Shown: positions 18,658 to 29,322 of the stretch, one piece after another
How positions within the stretch are numbered: position 1 is the first letter of the stretch
Layout of the letters: each line of letters begins with the position of its first letter
Source: Candidatus Latescibacterota bacterium
GTDB taxonomy: Bacteria > Latescibacterota > UBA2968
Assembly: GCA_965116885.1 (NCBI GenBank)
Contig: OZ220741.1
Span: 1,184,001 to 1,248,000 of the forward strand
Reading direction: 5' to 3'
DNA length: 64,000 bases
Translations under genes and position numbers: made by a program
The notes under the pieces: model-generated
Database searches by the model: none
Seen by the model: only the letters and a program-made list of their open reading frames with translations
What the model was told of the DNA's origin: nothing

Positions 18658-21159
18658 ATGATCAAAAATTATCTAACCGTTGCGATCCGCAATCTGATGC
18701 GGCACAAATTGTACACCTCCATCAATGTACTGGGACTCGCCATCGGGCTGGCATGTGGCATTTTGATCCTGTTGTACATCCAACAGGAATTTGCAGTAAA
18801 TCGCGCCCACACACTGGGCGACCGCATTTACAAAGTGATTCGAGAAGAGCGCAGCACACAAACAACTTACAGCAGCGGCACATCAGGCGCACTCGGTCCC
18901 GTATTAAAAGAAACATTTCCCGAAGTAGAAACAACTGTGCGTATCTGGCGATGGACTGTATCTGTACAATACGGCGAGCGCAAGGATCGATATCTCCTTG
19001 CGCTGGTAGATGACAACTTCCTGGACGTATTCGATTTTCCCCTCATAAAAGGCGACTTAGAAACCGCGTTTCGCACACCCTACTCTGTGGTCATTACCGA
19101 CGACATGGCGCAACACTTGTTTGGCGATATTGATCCGATGGGGCAAACACTTTCAATCGACAGTCGCAGTTTCCCAGGCGAGTACACAGTTACCGGCATC
19201 GTAAAAGCACCACACCTCTCATCTGGCTTTTATTTTCAAATACTCTCAACCACAATACCCTCCGTAGAAGAAACGCAAGAGGTGTGGACAATGTGGCGCC
19301 CCACGCAATCGTGGCGTCCGGTAAACACCTATGTGCTATTAAAAGTGGGACAAAACGCAGAAAGCCTACAAGCGAAAATGCAGTCGTTGATCGTGCAGTA
19401 TCTGGGGGATGAAGTCGCGGCTGAAAATAAGTCTCGTTGGCCTCATTATCCCCTTCAGCCATTGATCAAACAGCATATAGGGAATGACGTTGCCTCAAAA
19501 AACACCTACCATCTACAACCTCTGCATCGCGTGTACCTGTATGGCGAATCCGATTTTAACCCAACTGCCGACAGCCCCGTGCAACACATTTACATGCTGG
19601 CAGCTATTGGGCTGATCCTCGTGGTCATTGCCTGCGTGAACTTTACAAATCTGGCAACTGCACGCGCTGTCACCCGCAAGCGCGAAGTCGGCGTGCGAAA
19701 AGTCGTTGGCGCGCATCGTCCACAACTGATGGTCCAATTTTTGAGCGAATCCCTGCTTTTAACCTGTTCCGCCCTGCTGATTGCCCTCGCACTGGTCGAG
19801 CTATGCCTGCCCTTATTCAACCAATTCGTGCGCGGCGATCTACACCTCAACGCGGCTACAGTAATAATAGGTACACCGGCAGTACTGGCACTCACAGTGT
19901 TGGTCGGACTGCTGGCGGGATGGTATCCGGCGTTTTTCCTCTCATCCTTTCGCCCGGTAACAGCATTAAAAAGCAGTGCGTCTTCCTCCCCGGGTTCCAC
20001 AGGACTGAAGAAAGGACTCGTGGTTTTTCAGTTTGGCATGTCCATCTTACTGGTGATCTGTACCCTGGTGGTTTATCAGCAACTGAAATTTATAGAAACC
20101 AAAGACATGGGCTTTGCACGCGATCACATTGTGAGTTTACCCATTTTTGTCCCTGACTTTTCCGGAGAGCCAAACCCACAAAAACGCCTTTCAGCACGCC
20201 ACCAAATGGTCAAACAGGTCTTTCTCGAACACCCCAATATCCTCAGCGCATCGGCTCTGCGATACGAAATCACGGGATACAGCGGACGACTGCGACTCGC
20301 CTGGCCCGATGGGGACCGAACAAAAGAACAGACATTTCGCATAAACGAAGTTGATGATTCATTCTTTGAAACATTTGAAATCCCCGTGCTTCGCGGTCGT
20401 GCCTTTTCAGCCGATGTTGCCAGCGATACATCTCAGGCAATTATCTTAAACGAAACAGCCGTGCGACTCCTCGGCTGGGAGGACGACCCGATTGGCAAAC
20501 AGATTGTGTTACCAGCGTATGACAACCTATCCTTGACAGTAATAGGCGTCGTAAAAGATTACCACAATTTGACACTAAGAGAAGAAATCGCCCCCATGGG
20601 ATTTTTGGCCCGCTGGAAGATGTTTTATTCCCTGGCTTTACGCATCCGACCGGAAAACACCGCGCACACCCTGTCCTTTCTCGAAACCCAGTGGAAACAC
20701 TTTGTGCCAGACGCGCCCTTTGAGTATCACTTCCTGGACGAACTCATAGATTGGATCTATTTCAACGAACAACTCACCGGCAAAATGCTCGGGATATTCT
20801 CATTGCTGGCAATTTTTGTCGCGTGCCTGGGACTGTTCGGACTGGCCGCATTCATGGTTCAATCTCGCACCAAAGAAATTGGCGTGCGGAAAGTACTGGG
20901 CGCATCCACACCGCATCTGGTCATGCTGCTCTCCCGCGAATTTATATTCCTCGTTCTACTCGCCAATCTCATCGCCTGGCCAATCGCCTACTATCTCATG
21001 CGCGACTGGCTCTCCGGGTTTGCCTATCAGACAGATTTAAATGTCTTGCCATTTGTCGCAAGCGCGATAATGGCCCTGATCATCGCCTTTGGCACCGTGA
21101 GCATGCAAGCCATTCGCGCAGCGCGATCCAATCCAATTGATGCCTTGAGATATGAATGA
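18658..21159 (+). CDS. MacB/FtsX-type ABC permease #3 (type A)
   Basis: Double FtsX architecture; close paralogue of 31706-34135. Confidence 0.95.
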   Translation: MIKNYLTVAIRNLMRHKLYTSINVLGLAIGLACGILILLYIQQEFAVNRAHTLGDRIYKVIREERSTQTTYSSGTSGALGPVLKETFPEVETTVRIWRWTVSVQYGERKDRYLLALVDDNFLDVFDFPLIKGDLETAFRTPYSVVITDDMAQHLFGDIDPMGQTLSIDSRSFPGEYTVTGIVKAPHLSSGFYFQILSTTIPSVEETQEVWTMWRPTQSWRPVNTYVLLKVGQNAESLQAKMQSLIVQYLGDEVAAENKSRWPHYPLQPLIKQHIGNDVASKNTYHLQPLHRVYLYGESDFNPTADSPVQHIYMLAAIGLILVVIACVNFTNLATARAVTRKREVGVRKVVGAHRPQLMVQFLSESLLLTCSALLIALALVELCLPLFNQFVRGDLHLNAATVIIGTPAVLALTVLVGLLAGWYPAFFLSSFRPVTALKSSASSSPGSTGLKKGLVVFQFGMSILLVICTLVVYQQLKFIETKDMGFARDHIVSLPIFVPDFSGEPNPQKRLSARHQMVKQVFLEHPNILSASALRYEITGYSGRLRLAWPDGDRTKEQTFRINEVDDSFFETFEIPVLRGRAFSADVASDTSQAIILNETAVRLLGWEDDPIGKQIVLPAYDNLSLTVIGVVKDYHNLTLREEIAPMGFLARWKMFYSLALRIRPENTAHTLSFLETQWKHFVPDAPFEYHFLDELIDWIYFNEQLTGKMLGIFSLLAIFVACLGLFGLAAFMVQSRTKEIGVRKVLGASTPHLVMLLSREFIFLVLLANLIAWPIAYYLMRDWLSGFAYQTDLNVLPFVASAIMALIIAFGTVSMQAIRAARSNPIDALRYE

Positions 21160-21188
21160 TCAGTTCCCGTCCTGCAAAGGAGAAACCC

Positions 21189-23513
21189 ATGTTCGGTGAA
21201 ATATCTCTACTCAGCAGCTATCTGAAAACCGCGATCCGCAACCTCGCCAGGCACCGCATTTATTCGGTCATCAACATCATCGGCATTGCCATTGGCCTCG
21301 CTTTCTGCATCCTCACCTACCTCTTTGTCCAAAACGAATGGACCTACGACACCTTTCACGAAAACGCCGACCGCATCTATCGGGTTTCTGGTACGACACC
21401 AGAACCTCTCGGACCCGCAATAGCAGAAGCATTCCCAGACATGCAGACCGTTCGTTTCAGCAGTAGCGGGGGAAAAATTGGTACAGAAGACCGCGCTTTT
21501 CAAGCAACTTTGGGTTTTGTTGATCCCAAATTTCTCGACATTTTTTCTTTTCCAGTTATTCACGGCAATCCCGCTCAAGCACTCCAGGACAAGTATTCTG
21601 TAATCATAACAGAAAAAATCGCCCTGAAATATTTCAACAACGCCAACCCCGTCGGGGAACAGCTTCCCATTCAGTACTTTGGGAAAGAAATTCAAAACTA
21701 CACCATCACGGGCATTGTAGAAAACGTGCCCAAAAACTCCACACTTCAATTTGACATACTACTGCCTTTTGAACCAAATCCCATGATGCGTGCCCCGAGC
21801 CGATGGAATGTATATTACCTGGATACGTATATGATGCTCCCTCCGAATGTATCCCCAAATAGTGTCGAACAGCAATTTCCCAGATTGACCAAGATCTGGT
21901 GGGGCGACGAGAAAGAACTCGAACTCCTGCCGATCACCCAAATGCATTTTGCTCAAAACATGGGGGTACGCAATAGCAGTAATCCCATTTATTCATACAT
22001 CCTATCGGGCATTGCACTCCTCGTGCTATTTATCGCCTGTGTCAACTTCATCACCTTAACCCTCGGACGGCAGGCAACGCGGGCGCGAGAAGTCGGCTTG
22101 CGAAAAGTCGTCGGCGCGGGGCGCATGCAGATTGCTAAACAATTTATCGGCGAATCGCTCTTACTCATCACCATCGCGCTCATCGCTGGCATTGCCATCG
22201 CAGAACTCACCTTACCAACATTCAACAACCTGGCCGGAAAATCCCTATCCATGAACGACGGCCTTAACACCACAACACTCGCCTTTCTCATTCTCCTCGT
22301 CAGCCTCGTCGGCATCACAGCAGGGGGTTATCCCGCTTTTATCTTATCCCGATTGCAGCCGACCCAAATCATAACAAGCCGATTGCAAATCAAAACGAGC
22401 AATCGTTTCGGCAAGATATTAGTCATCTTTCAGTTTGCCCTATCCATATTCTTCATCATCACCACCTTAATGATGGCCCAACAACTCACATTCTTGAGAA
22501 CCAAACCCCTGGGGTATCAAACCGAACACGTTGTCGCTATTCAGACTCAGGCACTGCAAAGAGAAGGCAAAACCCTGCCAACCGTTTTTCGGGATGCCCT
22601 GCTGTCACATCCCTCAGTCATAAGCACGACCTGGCTTGGTCACAGATTAAACAACAATATGAGTTCCCGGTCTGGTGTAACTTATGAAGGAAGTCCTACG
22701 CAATACGTTGAACGCATCTCGATTGATTACGATTTGTTCAAAACGCTCGACATGAAACTCGTTGCAGGTCGAGAATACAACAGAGAATTCCCAACAGATG
22801 CCAAAGAATCAATCCTTGTCAACGAAGCACTCGTCCAAAAACTCGGTATAGAAGACCCTGTTGGCAAAACAATCGAACATGGACGAGACAAGACCATCAT
22901 CGGAGTTGTTCAAAATTTCCACTTTCGCTCCCTGCATCACAAAATCGAACCCGCCATTCTGCCCCTCTCTACGAGTCATTGGTCCTTGTGGGTTCGCATT
23001 CACCCCGAAAACGTGCCGGGCACCATGGCTTTTATAAAAGAAAAATGGGCAGAAGTTGCCCCCAATCAGACATTCAGATTTTCATTCATCGACGAAGACT
23101 TAGACAAACAATACAAAAAAGAAGAACGCTGGAATCAAATGATCCAATACGCCACAGGATTCGCCATCTTCATCGCCACACTCGGCGCATTCGGACTGGC
23201 TGCTCTCGCCACAACCAGACGCACCAAAGAAATCGGCATTCGCAAAGTATTGGGTGCATCCCAAACGCAAATCCTGTCTCTACTCTCACGGGAATTTGTC
23301 CTCTACATCGCCCTATCGAGCCTCATCGCATTCCCCATCGCCTATTACGCGACCAATCAATGGTTACAAACCTTCGCCTACCGCACCGAGTTAGGTATTG
23401 GCGCCTTCTTACTCGGCAGCGTAGCCATGTTCCTCGTCGTAATCACAACCGTCACGACCCAGACCCTCAAAGCAGCCCGCGCAAACCCGGCGGATGCTCT
23501 GCGGGATGAGTAA
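21189..23513 (+). CDS. MacB/FtsX-type ABC permease #4 (type B)
   Basis: Double FtsX architecture; MFGEISL start after AAGGAG; ends NPADALRDE. Confidence 0.95.
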   Translation: MFGEISLLSSYLKTAIRNLARHRIYSVINIIGIAIGLAFCILTYLFVQNEWTYDTFHENADRIYRVSGTTPEPLGPAIAEAFPDMQTVRFSSSGGKIGTEDRAFQATLGFVDPKFLDIFSFPVIHGNPAQALQDKYSVIITEKIALKYFNNANPVGEQLPIQYFGKEIQNYTITGIVENVPKNSTLQFDILLPFEPNPMMRAPSRWNVYYLDTYMMLPPNVSPNSVEQQFPRLTKIWWGDEKELELLPITQMHFAQNMGVRNSSNPIYSYILSGIALLVLFIACVNFITLTLGRQATRAREVGLRKVVGAGRMQIAKQFIGESLLLITIALIAGIAIAELTLPTFNNLAGKSLSMNDGLNTTTLAFLILLVSLVGITAGGYPAFILSRLQPTQIITSRLQIKTSNRFGKILVIFQFALSIFFIITTLMMAQQLTFLRTKPLGYQTEHVVAIQTQALQREGKTLPTVFRDALLSHPSVISTTWLGHRLNNNMSSRSGVTYEGSPTQYVERISIDYDLFKTLDMKLVAGREYNREFPTDAKESILVNEALVQKLGIEDPVGKTIEHGRDKTIIGVVQNFHFRSLHHKIEPAILPLSTSHWSLWVRIHPENVPGTMAFIKEKWAEVAPNQTFRFSFIDEDLDKQYKKEERWNQMIQYATGFAIFIATLGAFGLAALATTRRTKEIGIRKVLGASQTQILSLLSREFVLYIALSSLIAFPIAYYATNQWLQTFAYRTELGIGAFLLGSVAMFLVVITTVTTQTLKAARANPADALRDE

Positions 23514-23549
23514 GTCATATACTTGTTTTTTGCCCCTCGCCTGAGCATA

Positions 23550-23873
23550 CTAAACAGCAACAACTCGCTGTTGTCCCTGTCTATCCTTTGAGGGAATAAT
23601 GCGGATCTCAATATCGCGATTTAGTCGGTTGAGAAATGTCATTAATCGCGCAACGCTGTAATGATTAAAATTCCCGTTCTTTAGTCGAGATATTTCAGGT
23701 TGCTTCACGCCTAAAATATTCGCTGCCTCTGTCTGCGTCAGCTTCCGCTCTTCTATAATCTGAAACACTTCAAATCCAAGCGTTGCCTTGATAAATAATT
23801 CCTCCGCATCTGGCAAGTCCAAGTCCCTGAACACATTGCCCGAACTCTTCTCAAATTTAATTTTTCTGTTCAT
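23550..23873 (-). CDS. XRE/HigA-like HTH antitoxin
   Basis: SSGNVFRDLDL..KLTQTEAA.ILGVKQPEISRL; overlaps the upstream toxin. Confidence 0.9.
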   Translation of the reverse strand: MNRKIKFEKSSGNVFRDLDLPDAEELFIKATLGFEVFQIIEERKLTQTEAANILGVKQPEISRLKNGNFNHYSVARLMTFLNRLNRDIEIRIIPSKDRQGQQRVVAV

Positions 23874-24231
23874 AATTCGCCTCCAGTTCCAGAGCCAATC
23901 TCAAACGTCTCCTGATAAGGGCGACATCCCTCTTGGAAGTTTTAATTCCACGCCTTGATTTTTTTTGAAAACAATGCAGTATATAAACCCTCTCTCCAAT
24001 TTTCACCGCATACACGGCGCGATAAGTGTCCGTTCTATAATCCGCCCGTATTTCAAAAACCCCTGAACCAACGCCCTTGAATGGTTTGGCTGCCGGAGAC
24101 ATGCTTCCCGCTTGTGCAAAAAATAAAGCGTCTCCTATATCTTTTTGAACGGACTCCGGAAATTTCTTCAACTCTGTCTTAGAATCTCCGATCCATATAG
24201 CTTCTTTTAAGTTTAATCTGTTGTAATTCAT
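23857..24231 (-). CDS. RelE/HigB-like (Gp49/DUF891-type) toxin
   Basis: WIGDS, KPFKGVGSGVFEIR, YRAVY, ILHCFQKKS. Confidence 0.9.
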   Translation of the reverse strand: MNYNRLNLKEAIWIGDSKTELKKFPESVQKDIGDALFFAQAGSMSPAAKPFKGVGSGVFEIRADYRTDTYRAVYAVKIGERVYILHCFQKKSRRGIKTSKRDVALIRRRLRLALELEANYEQKN

Positions 24232-24236
24232 AAAGA

Positions 24237-24265
24237 ATTATAGCCAAATGGATATATATTGTCAA
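24237..24265 (-). promoter_or_regulatory. Perfect-consensus sigma70 promoter of the TA operon, probably leaderless
   Basis: Minus-strand TTGACA-N17-TATAAT, 5 nt before ATG 24231. Confidence 0.8.
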
Positions 24266-24338
24266 ATATCTTAACCTTTGTATGGAACACTAAGCATGTC
24301 CTGAAAAGGAGGTATTACAATGTGCCTGTTTTTGTTTT

Positions 24339-24460
24339 TAAGTGTTCATTTTCGGACACTACTGTATCAAAATCGGACACTTTTTGAACGGCGCTCATGG
24401 CTCAAATTTTCATAACTCCCTGTAAAACATAGAAAAGAAGTTTTTGGCACAAAAATTGCT
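24339..24460 (+). promoter_or_regulatory. Sigma54 promoter cassette copy 2 (UAS 24339-24382, -24/-12 at 24445-24460)
   Basis: Identical 44-mer; TGGCACA-AAAA-TTGCT. Confidence 0.85.
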
Positions 24461-24543
24461 TACTATTTTCATACGTCCACTCTACCTGAATGATGAATGG
24501 CTGACCGCTGACCAATAAAGGAGAGCGAACAGGAGATAACGTC

Positions 24544-26895
24544 ATGATCAAAAATTATCTAACCGTTGCGATCCGCAATCTGATGCGGCACAAATTGTAC
24601 ACATCCATCAATGTACTGGGACTCGCCATCGGCCTCGCCTTCTGCATCCTCACCTACCTCTTTGTCCACAATGAATGGACTTATGACACTTTTCACAAAA
24701 ACGCCGACCGCATCTATCGGGTTTGCGTAAAGGGGCAACAGGGGCAACAGGGGCTACACGAATGGATTACCGGTACGACATCAGACCCCCTCGGACCCGC
24801 AATAGCAGAAGCATTCCCTGACATGCAGACTGTTCGTTTCATATCTCGCAATGAGAAAATTGGTACAGAAGATCGCGCTTTTCGGGCACAGTTGGGTTAT
24901 GTTGATCCCAACTTCCTCGACATTTTTTCTTTTCCAGTTATTCACGGCGACGCTACGAATGCCCTTAAAGACAAATATTCCGCACTCATAACAGAAAAAA
25001 CCGCACAGAAATATTTCAACAAAGCCAACCCCGTCGGGGAACAGCTTCCAATTCAGCGCGGGAAGGAAATTCAAAACTACACCATCACGGGCATTGTGCA
25101 AAACGCGCCCAACAACTCCACACTTCAATTTGACATACTATTGCCATTTGAACAAAGCGAGTTCGAAGACAAATGGTATTCCTCTCTGGTTTCAACTTTT
25201 ATGATGCTCCCTCAAAACGTACATCCCAACAGTCTCGAACAACAATTTCTCAGATGGACCAAAATCTGGTGGGGTGAAAAGAGCGAGGAACAAATCAAAC
25301 TTCAACCACTCACCAAAATGCACTTTGATCAAAACGTGTGGGCAGACGGTCGTAGTAATCCAGTTTATTCATACATCTTATCGGGCATTGCAATCCTCGT
25401 CCTGTTTATCGCCTGTGTCAACTTCATCACCTTAACCCTCGGACGACAGGCAACGCGAGCGCGAGAAGTCGGCTTGCGAAAAGTCGTTGGTGCGAAACGC
25501 TTACAGATCGCAAATCAATTTATCGGCGAATCGCTCTTACTCATCACCATTGCACTCATCGCTGGCATTGCCATCGCAGAACTCGCCTTGCCAACATTCA
25601 ACAATCTCGCTGGGAAATCTCTGTCCATGGGCGATGGCCTCAATCTCACAACACTCGCCTTTCTCATTCTGCTGGTCAGCCTCGTTGGCTTCACAGCAGG
25701 GGGCTATCCCGCCCTGATCCTATCCCGATTGCAACCAACCCAAATCATCGCGAGCAGATTGCAAATCAAAACGGGCAATCGTTTCGGCAAGATACTGGTC
25801 ATCTTTCAGTTTGCCCTATCCATATTTTTAATCATCACCACCCTGATGATGGGCAAACAGCTTGATTTTTTGCGAACCAAACCCCCGGGATATCAAATCG
25901 AACACGTTATCGCCATTCAGACTAATGACCTGCGAAAAGAAAACAAAACCTTACCAACTGTTTTTCGGGATTTGCTGCTGTCTCATCCCTCAGTGATCAG
26001 CACGACATGGCTTGGTCACAGTTTAAACAGCAACATGGGCTCCCGAACTTATGTAAGTTATGGCGGAAGTCCAGAGCACCTCGTTGAAAACATTTCAATT
26101 GATTACAATCTGTTCAAAACACTCGACATAAAACTCGTCGCAGGTCGAGAATACAACAGAGAATTTCCAACCGATGCCAGAGAATCAATCCTTGTCAACG
26201 AAGCATTCATCGAAAAATTTGGCATAGAGGATCCCATTGGTAAAACAATCAAACGTGGAACATCATGGTCCCAGACCATCATTGGCGTTGTCCGCGATTT
26301 CCATTTTCGCTCCTTGCATCACAAAATTGCACCTGCCATTATGCCCCTCTATACAGGTCATTGGTCCTTGTGGGTTCGCATTCACCCCGAAAATGTACCC
26401 GGCACCATCGCATTCATCAAAGAACAGTGGGCTGAAGTCATCCCCAATCATGCATTCAACTTCTCATTCATCGATGAAGACCTGGACAAACAATACAAAA
26501 AAGAAGAACGCTGGAATCAAATGATCCAATACGCCACAGGATTCGCCATCTTCATCGCCACACTCGGCGCATTCGGACTGGCGGCACTCGCCACGACCAG
26601 ACGCACCAAAGAAATCGGCATTCGCAAAGTATTGGGTGCATCCCAAACGCAAATCCTGTCTCTACTCTCACGGGAATTTGTCCTCTACATCGCCCTATCG
26701 AGCCTCATCGCATTCCCCATCGCCTATTACGCGACCAATCAATGGTTACAAACCTTCGCCTACCGCACCGAGTTAGGTATTGGCGCCTTCTTACTCGGCA
26801 GCGTAGCCATGTTCCTCGTCGTACTCACAACCGTCACCACCCAGGTCCTCAAAGCAGCCCGCGCAAACCCGGCGGATGCCCTGCGAGATGAATAG
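24544..26895 (+). CDS. MacB/FtsX-type ABC permease #5 (chimera: type A head, type B body)
   Basis: First 30 codons match #3; the rest is paralogous to #4, #7 and #10. Confidence 0.95.
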   Translation: MIKNYLTVAIRNLMRHKLYTSINVLGLAIGLAFCILTYLFVHNEWTYDTFHKNADRIYRVCVKGQQGQQGLHEWITGTTSDPLGPAIAEAFPDMQTVRFISRNEKIGTEDRAFRAQLGYVDPNFLDIFSFPVIHGDATNALKDKYSALITEKTAQKYFNKANPVGEQLPIQRGKEIQNYTITGIVQNAPNNSTLQFDILLPFEQSEFEDKWYSSLVSTFMMLPQNVHPNSLEQQFLRWTKIWWGEKSEEQIKLQPLTKMHFDQNVWADGRSNPVYSYILSGIAILVLFIACVNFITLTLGRQATRAREVGLRKVVGAKRLQIANQFIGESLLLITIALIAGIAIAELALPTFNNLAGKSLSMGDGLNLTTLAFLILLVSLVGFTAGGYPALILSRLQPTQIIASRLQIKTGNRFGKILVIFQFALSIFLIITTLMMGKQLDFLRTKPPGYQIEHVIAIQTNDLRKENKTLPTVFRDLLLSHPSVISTTWLGHSLNSNMGSRTYVSYGGSPEHLVENISIDYNLFKTLDIKLVAGREYNREFPTDARESILVNEAFIEKFGIEDPIGKTIKRGTSWSQTIIGVVRDFHFRSLHHKIAPAIMPLYTGHWSLWVRIHPENVPGTIAFIKEQWAEVIPNHAFNFSFIDEDLDKQYKKEERWNQMIQYATGFAIFIATLGAFGLAALATTRRTKEIGIRKVLGASQTQILSLLSREFVLYIALSSLIAFPIAYYATNQWLQTFAYRTELGIGAFLLGSVAMFLVVLTTVTTQVLKAARANPADALRDE

Positions 26896-26917
26896 GGAAC
26901 AATGACAGGAGCTTCTC

Positions 26918-29293
26918 ATGATCAAAAATTATCTAACAGTTGCCATCCGCAACATCGCCAGAAACAAAACATTCTCTGCCATCAACATCCTCGGTCTCGC
27001 GATCGGCATGGCCTGTTGCATCCTCATCCTGCTCTATGTGCAAGATGAACTGAGCTATGACCAGCATCACGAACATGCACACCGAATCTATCGGCTCGCT
27101 GAAGAAGCACATATAGCAGGACAAACGCGTCGAATTGCAATTACATCATTCCCGATGGGACCGGCTCTCGTTCAAGATTATCCCAACGTTGTAGATGCCG
27201 TCCGATTTTACAAAAATGATGAAAAAACGCCTGTTGCAAACCAGCAGAATCAATTCTCTGAGAAAGGCGTCTTATTCACCGAGGCAAGTGTCTTTCAGGT
27301 CTTTGATTTTCCACTCAGTAAGGGAGACCCCAGGACAGCACTCCAGGAACCCTATTCTATTGTTCTGACAGAAGAGATGGCTCGGAAATATTTCGGTGAC
27401 CAGGATCCGATGGGACAGACACTTTTGGTGGGCGAGGCGGAGTGTAAAATTACGGGTATTTTAGAAAACCATGCCCACAATACCCATTTACAGTTCAATT
27501 TTCTGGTCTCATCCATGAGGCGTAGTGATTGGGTCGATCACAGCTATTATACCTATCTGCTCTTACAAAACACCCAGGCTGCGGACGAGTTAGAAACAGA
27601 GTTACCCAATTTTATCGAAAGACACATAGGGGAACAACTCAAAGCATCAGGGATCCAGCTCAAGCCTTTTCTACAGCCATTAACCGATATTCATTTGCGT
27701 TCCCACCTGGAATCTGAAATAAGTCCCAACGGCGATATTCGGTATGTCTATCTCTTCCTGATCATTGCCCTTTTCGTACTCATACTCGCCTGTATCAACT
27801 TTATGAACCTCTCAACGGCTCGCTCTGCGACGCGATCAAAAGAAGTCGGCATGCGAAAAGTCGTTGGCGCAAACCGATCACAGCTAATCTGTCAGTTTAT
27901 GGGCGAATCCATATTGCTGGCTTTGATGGCACTATTTCTGGCCGTTGTTGTAGCTGAAGTCTCACTCCCCGCGTTCAACGCCTTTATCCAGCGCGAATTG
28001 GTATTGGATTACGCGGGCAATTGGCAGGTCGTATTAGCCCTGCTCAGTGTTGCCTTATTTGCGGGGATGCTCTCGGGAATCTATCCCGCCTTTTTCCTCT
28101 CGGCGTTTCAGCCAGTAGAGGTCTTAAAAAGCACGCTACGGCGAGGATTGAAGACCTCCAGTTCCCGCAAAACGCTCGTCGTATTTCAGTTTGTCATTTC
28201 GATCATTCTCATCATTGGGACAGTTGTCGTTTACCATCAATCGGATTACATCAAAAACAAGAAACTGGGCTTCAATAAAGAACGGGTAGTGGTCATGCCG
28301 ATTGATAGACAATTGGCGAAGCGATATAAACCCACAGTATCAGCGCATACATCAGTATTAAATGTATCGGCGTCTTCCACCGTACCAGGCCGAGAACTTG
28401 CCGCCCATCTTTTCCGCCCTTCTCTGGATTCCGCACACAAAGATGCTTTACTGATAAACGTGATGTATGTAGATCACGAGTTTATTCAGACTTATGATAT
28501 TGGAGTTTTAGAGGGCCGCGCCTTTTCAGAGGATATTAGAAGTGATCGAAATGGCGCATTTATCCTCAATGAATCTGCTGTGCGAAAATTTGGATGGACT
28601 TCACATGCCAATAGAAAGCTTGAACGGGTTTATCCAAAAGGGAATATATTGAATGTGGAGATTCAGGGAGATGTGGTGGGCATTGTGAAGGACTTTCACT
28701 ATCAGTCCCTGCACCATGAAATTGAACCGCTTGTGCTCATGATGGGAGGAAGTTGGATAGAGTATCTTTCCATCCGGATCCGCTCAGACGATATTGCTGC
28801 CACACTGGACTTTCTTAAAACCCAGTGGCACGAGGTCGTATCGGACAGGCCATTCGACTATTTCTTCCTCGACGACGATTACGACAAACTCTATCGCACA
28901 GAAGAACAAATAGGCACACTCTTTGGCCTCTTCTCCATCCTCGCCATATTCGTCGCCAGCCTTGGACTGTTCGGACTCGCATCCTTCACTGCACAACGGC
29001 GCATCAAAGAAATCGGCATTCGCAAAGTCCTGGGCGCATCCGTTTCCAATCTCGTACTCATGTTGTCAAAAGAGTTCGCCATACTTGTCGGCATTGCCAA
29101 CCTCATCGCCTGGCCAATCGCCTATTACGCGATGAACAGGTGGCTACAGGATTTTGCCTATCGCATTGACCTGGAGATATGGGCGTTTGTATTGAGTGGT
29201 TTTCTGGCGTTGTTAATTGCCTTGGCCACAGTGAGTTATCAAGCGTGGAAAGTTGCCCGCACCAATCCCGTGGATGCCCTGCGGTATGAGTAA
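26918..29293 (+). CDS. MacB/FtsX-type ABC permease #6 (type C)
   Basis: ACINFMNLSTARSATRSKEVGMRKVVGA; ends NPVDALRYE. Confidence 0.95.
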   Translation: MIKNYLTVAIRNIARNKTFSAINILGLAIGMACCILILLYVQDELSYDQHHEHAHRIYRLAEEAHIAGQTRRIAITSFPMGPALVQDYPNVVDAVRFYKNDEKTPVANQQNQFSEKGVLFTEASVFQVFDFPLSKGDPRTALQEPYSIVLTEEMARKYFGDQDPMGQTLLVGEAECKITGILENHAHNTHLQFNFLVSSMRRSDWVDHSYYTYLLLQNTQAADELETELPNFIERHIGEQLKASGIQLKPFLQPLTDIHLRSHLESEISPNGDIRYVYLFLIIALFVLILACINFMNLSTARSATRSKEVGMRKVVGANRSQLICQFMGESILLALMALFLAVVVAEVSLPAFNAFIQRELVLDYAGNWQVVLALLSVALFAGMLSGIYPAFFLSAFQPVEVLKSTLRRGLKTSSSRKTLVVFQFVISIILIIGTVVVYHQSDYIKNKKLGFNKERVVVMPIDRQLAKRYKPTVSAHTSVLNVSASSTVPGRELAAHLFRPSLDSAHKDALLINVMYVDHEFIQTYDIGVLEGRAFSEDIRSDRNGAFILNESAVRKFGWTSHANRKLERVYPKGNILNVEIQGDVVGIVKDFHYQSLHHEIEPLVLMMGGSWIEYLSIRIRSDDIAATLDFLKTQWHEVVSDRPFDYFFLDDDYDKLYRTEEQIGTLFGLFSILAIFVASLGLFGLASFTAQRRIKEIGIRKVLGASVSNLVLMLSKEFAILVGIANLIAWPIAYYAMNRWLQDFAYRIDLEIWAFVLSGFLALLIALATVSYQAWKVARTNPVDALRYE

Positions 29294-29322
29294 TCAATTC
29301 CCATCCTGCAAAGGAGTAACCA

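Noticed and set aside
24499..24513. GCTGACC heptamer tandem in the leader of permease #5
   Set aside because: Only two units; too short to interpret.
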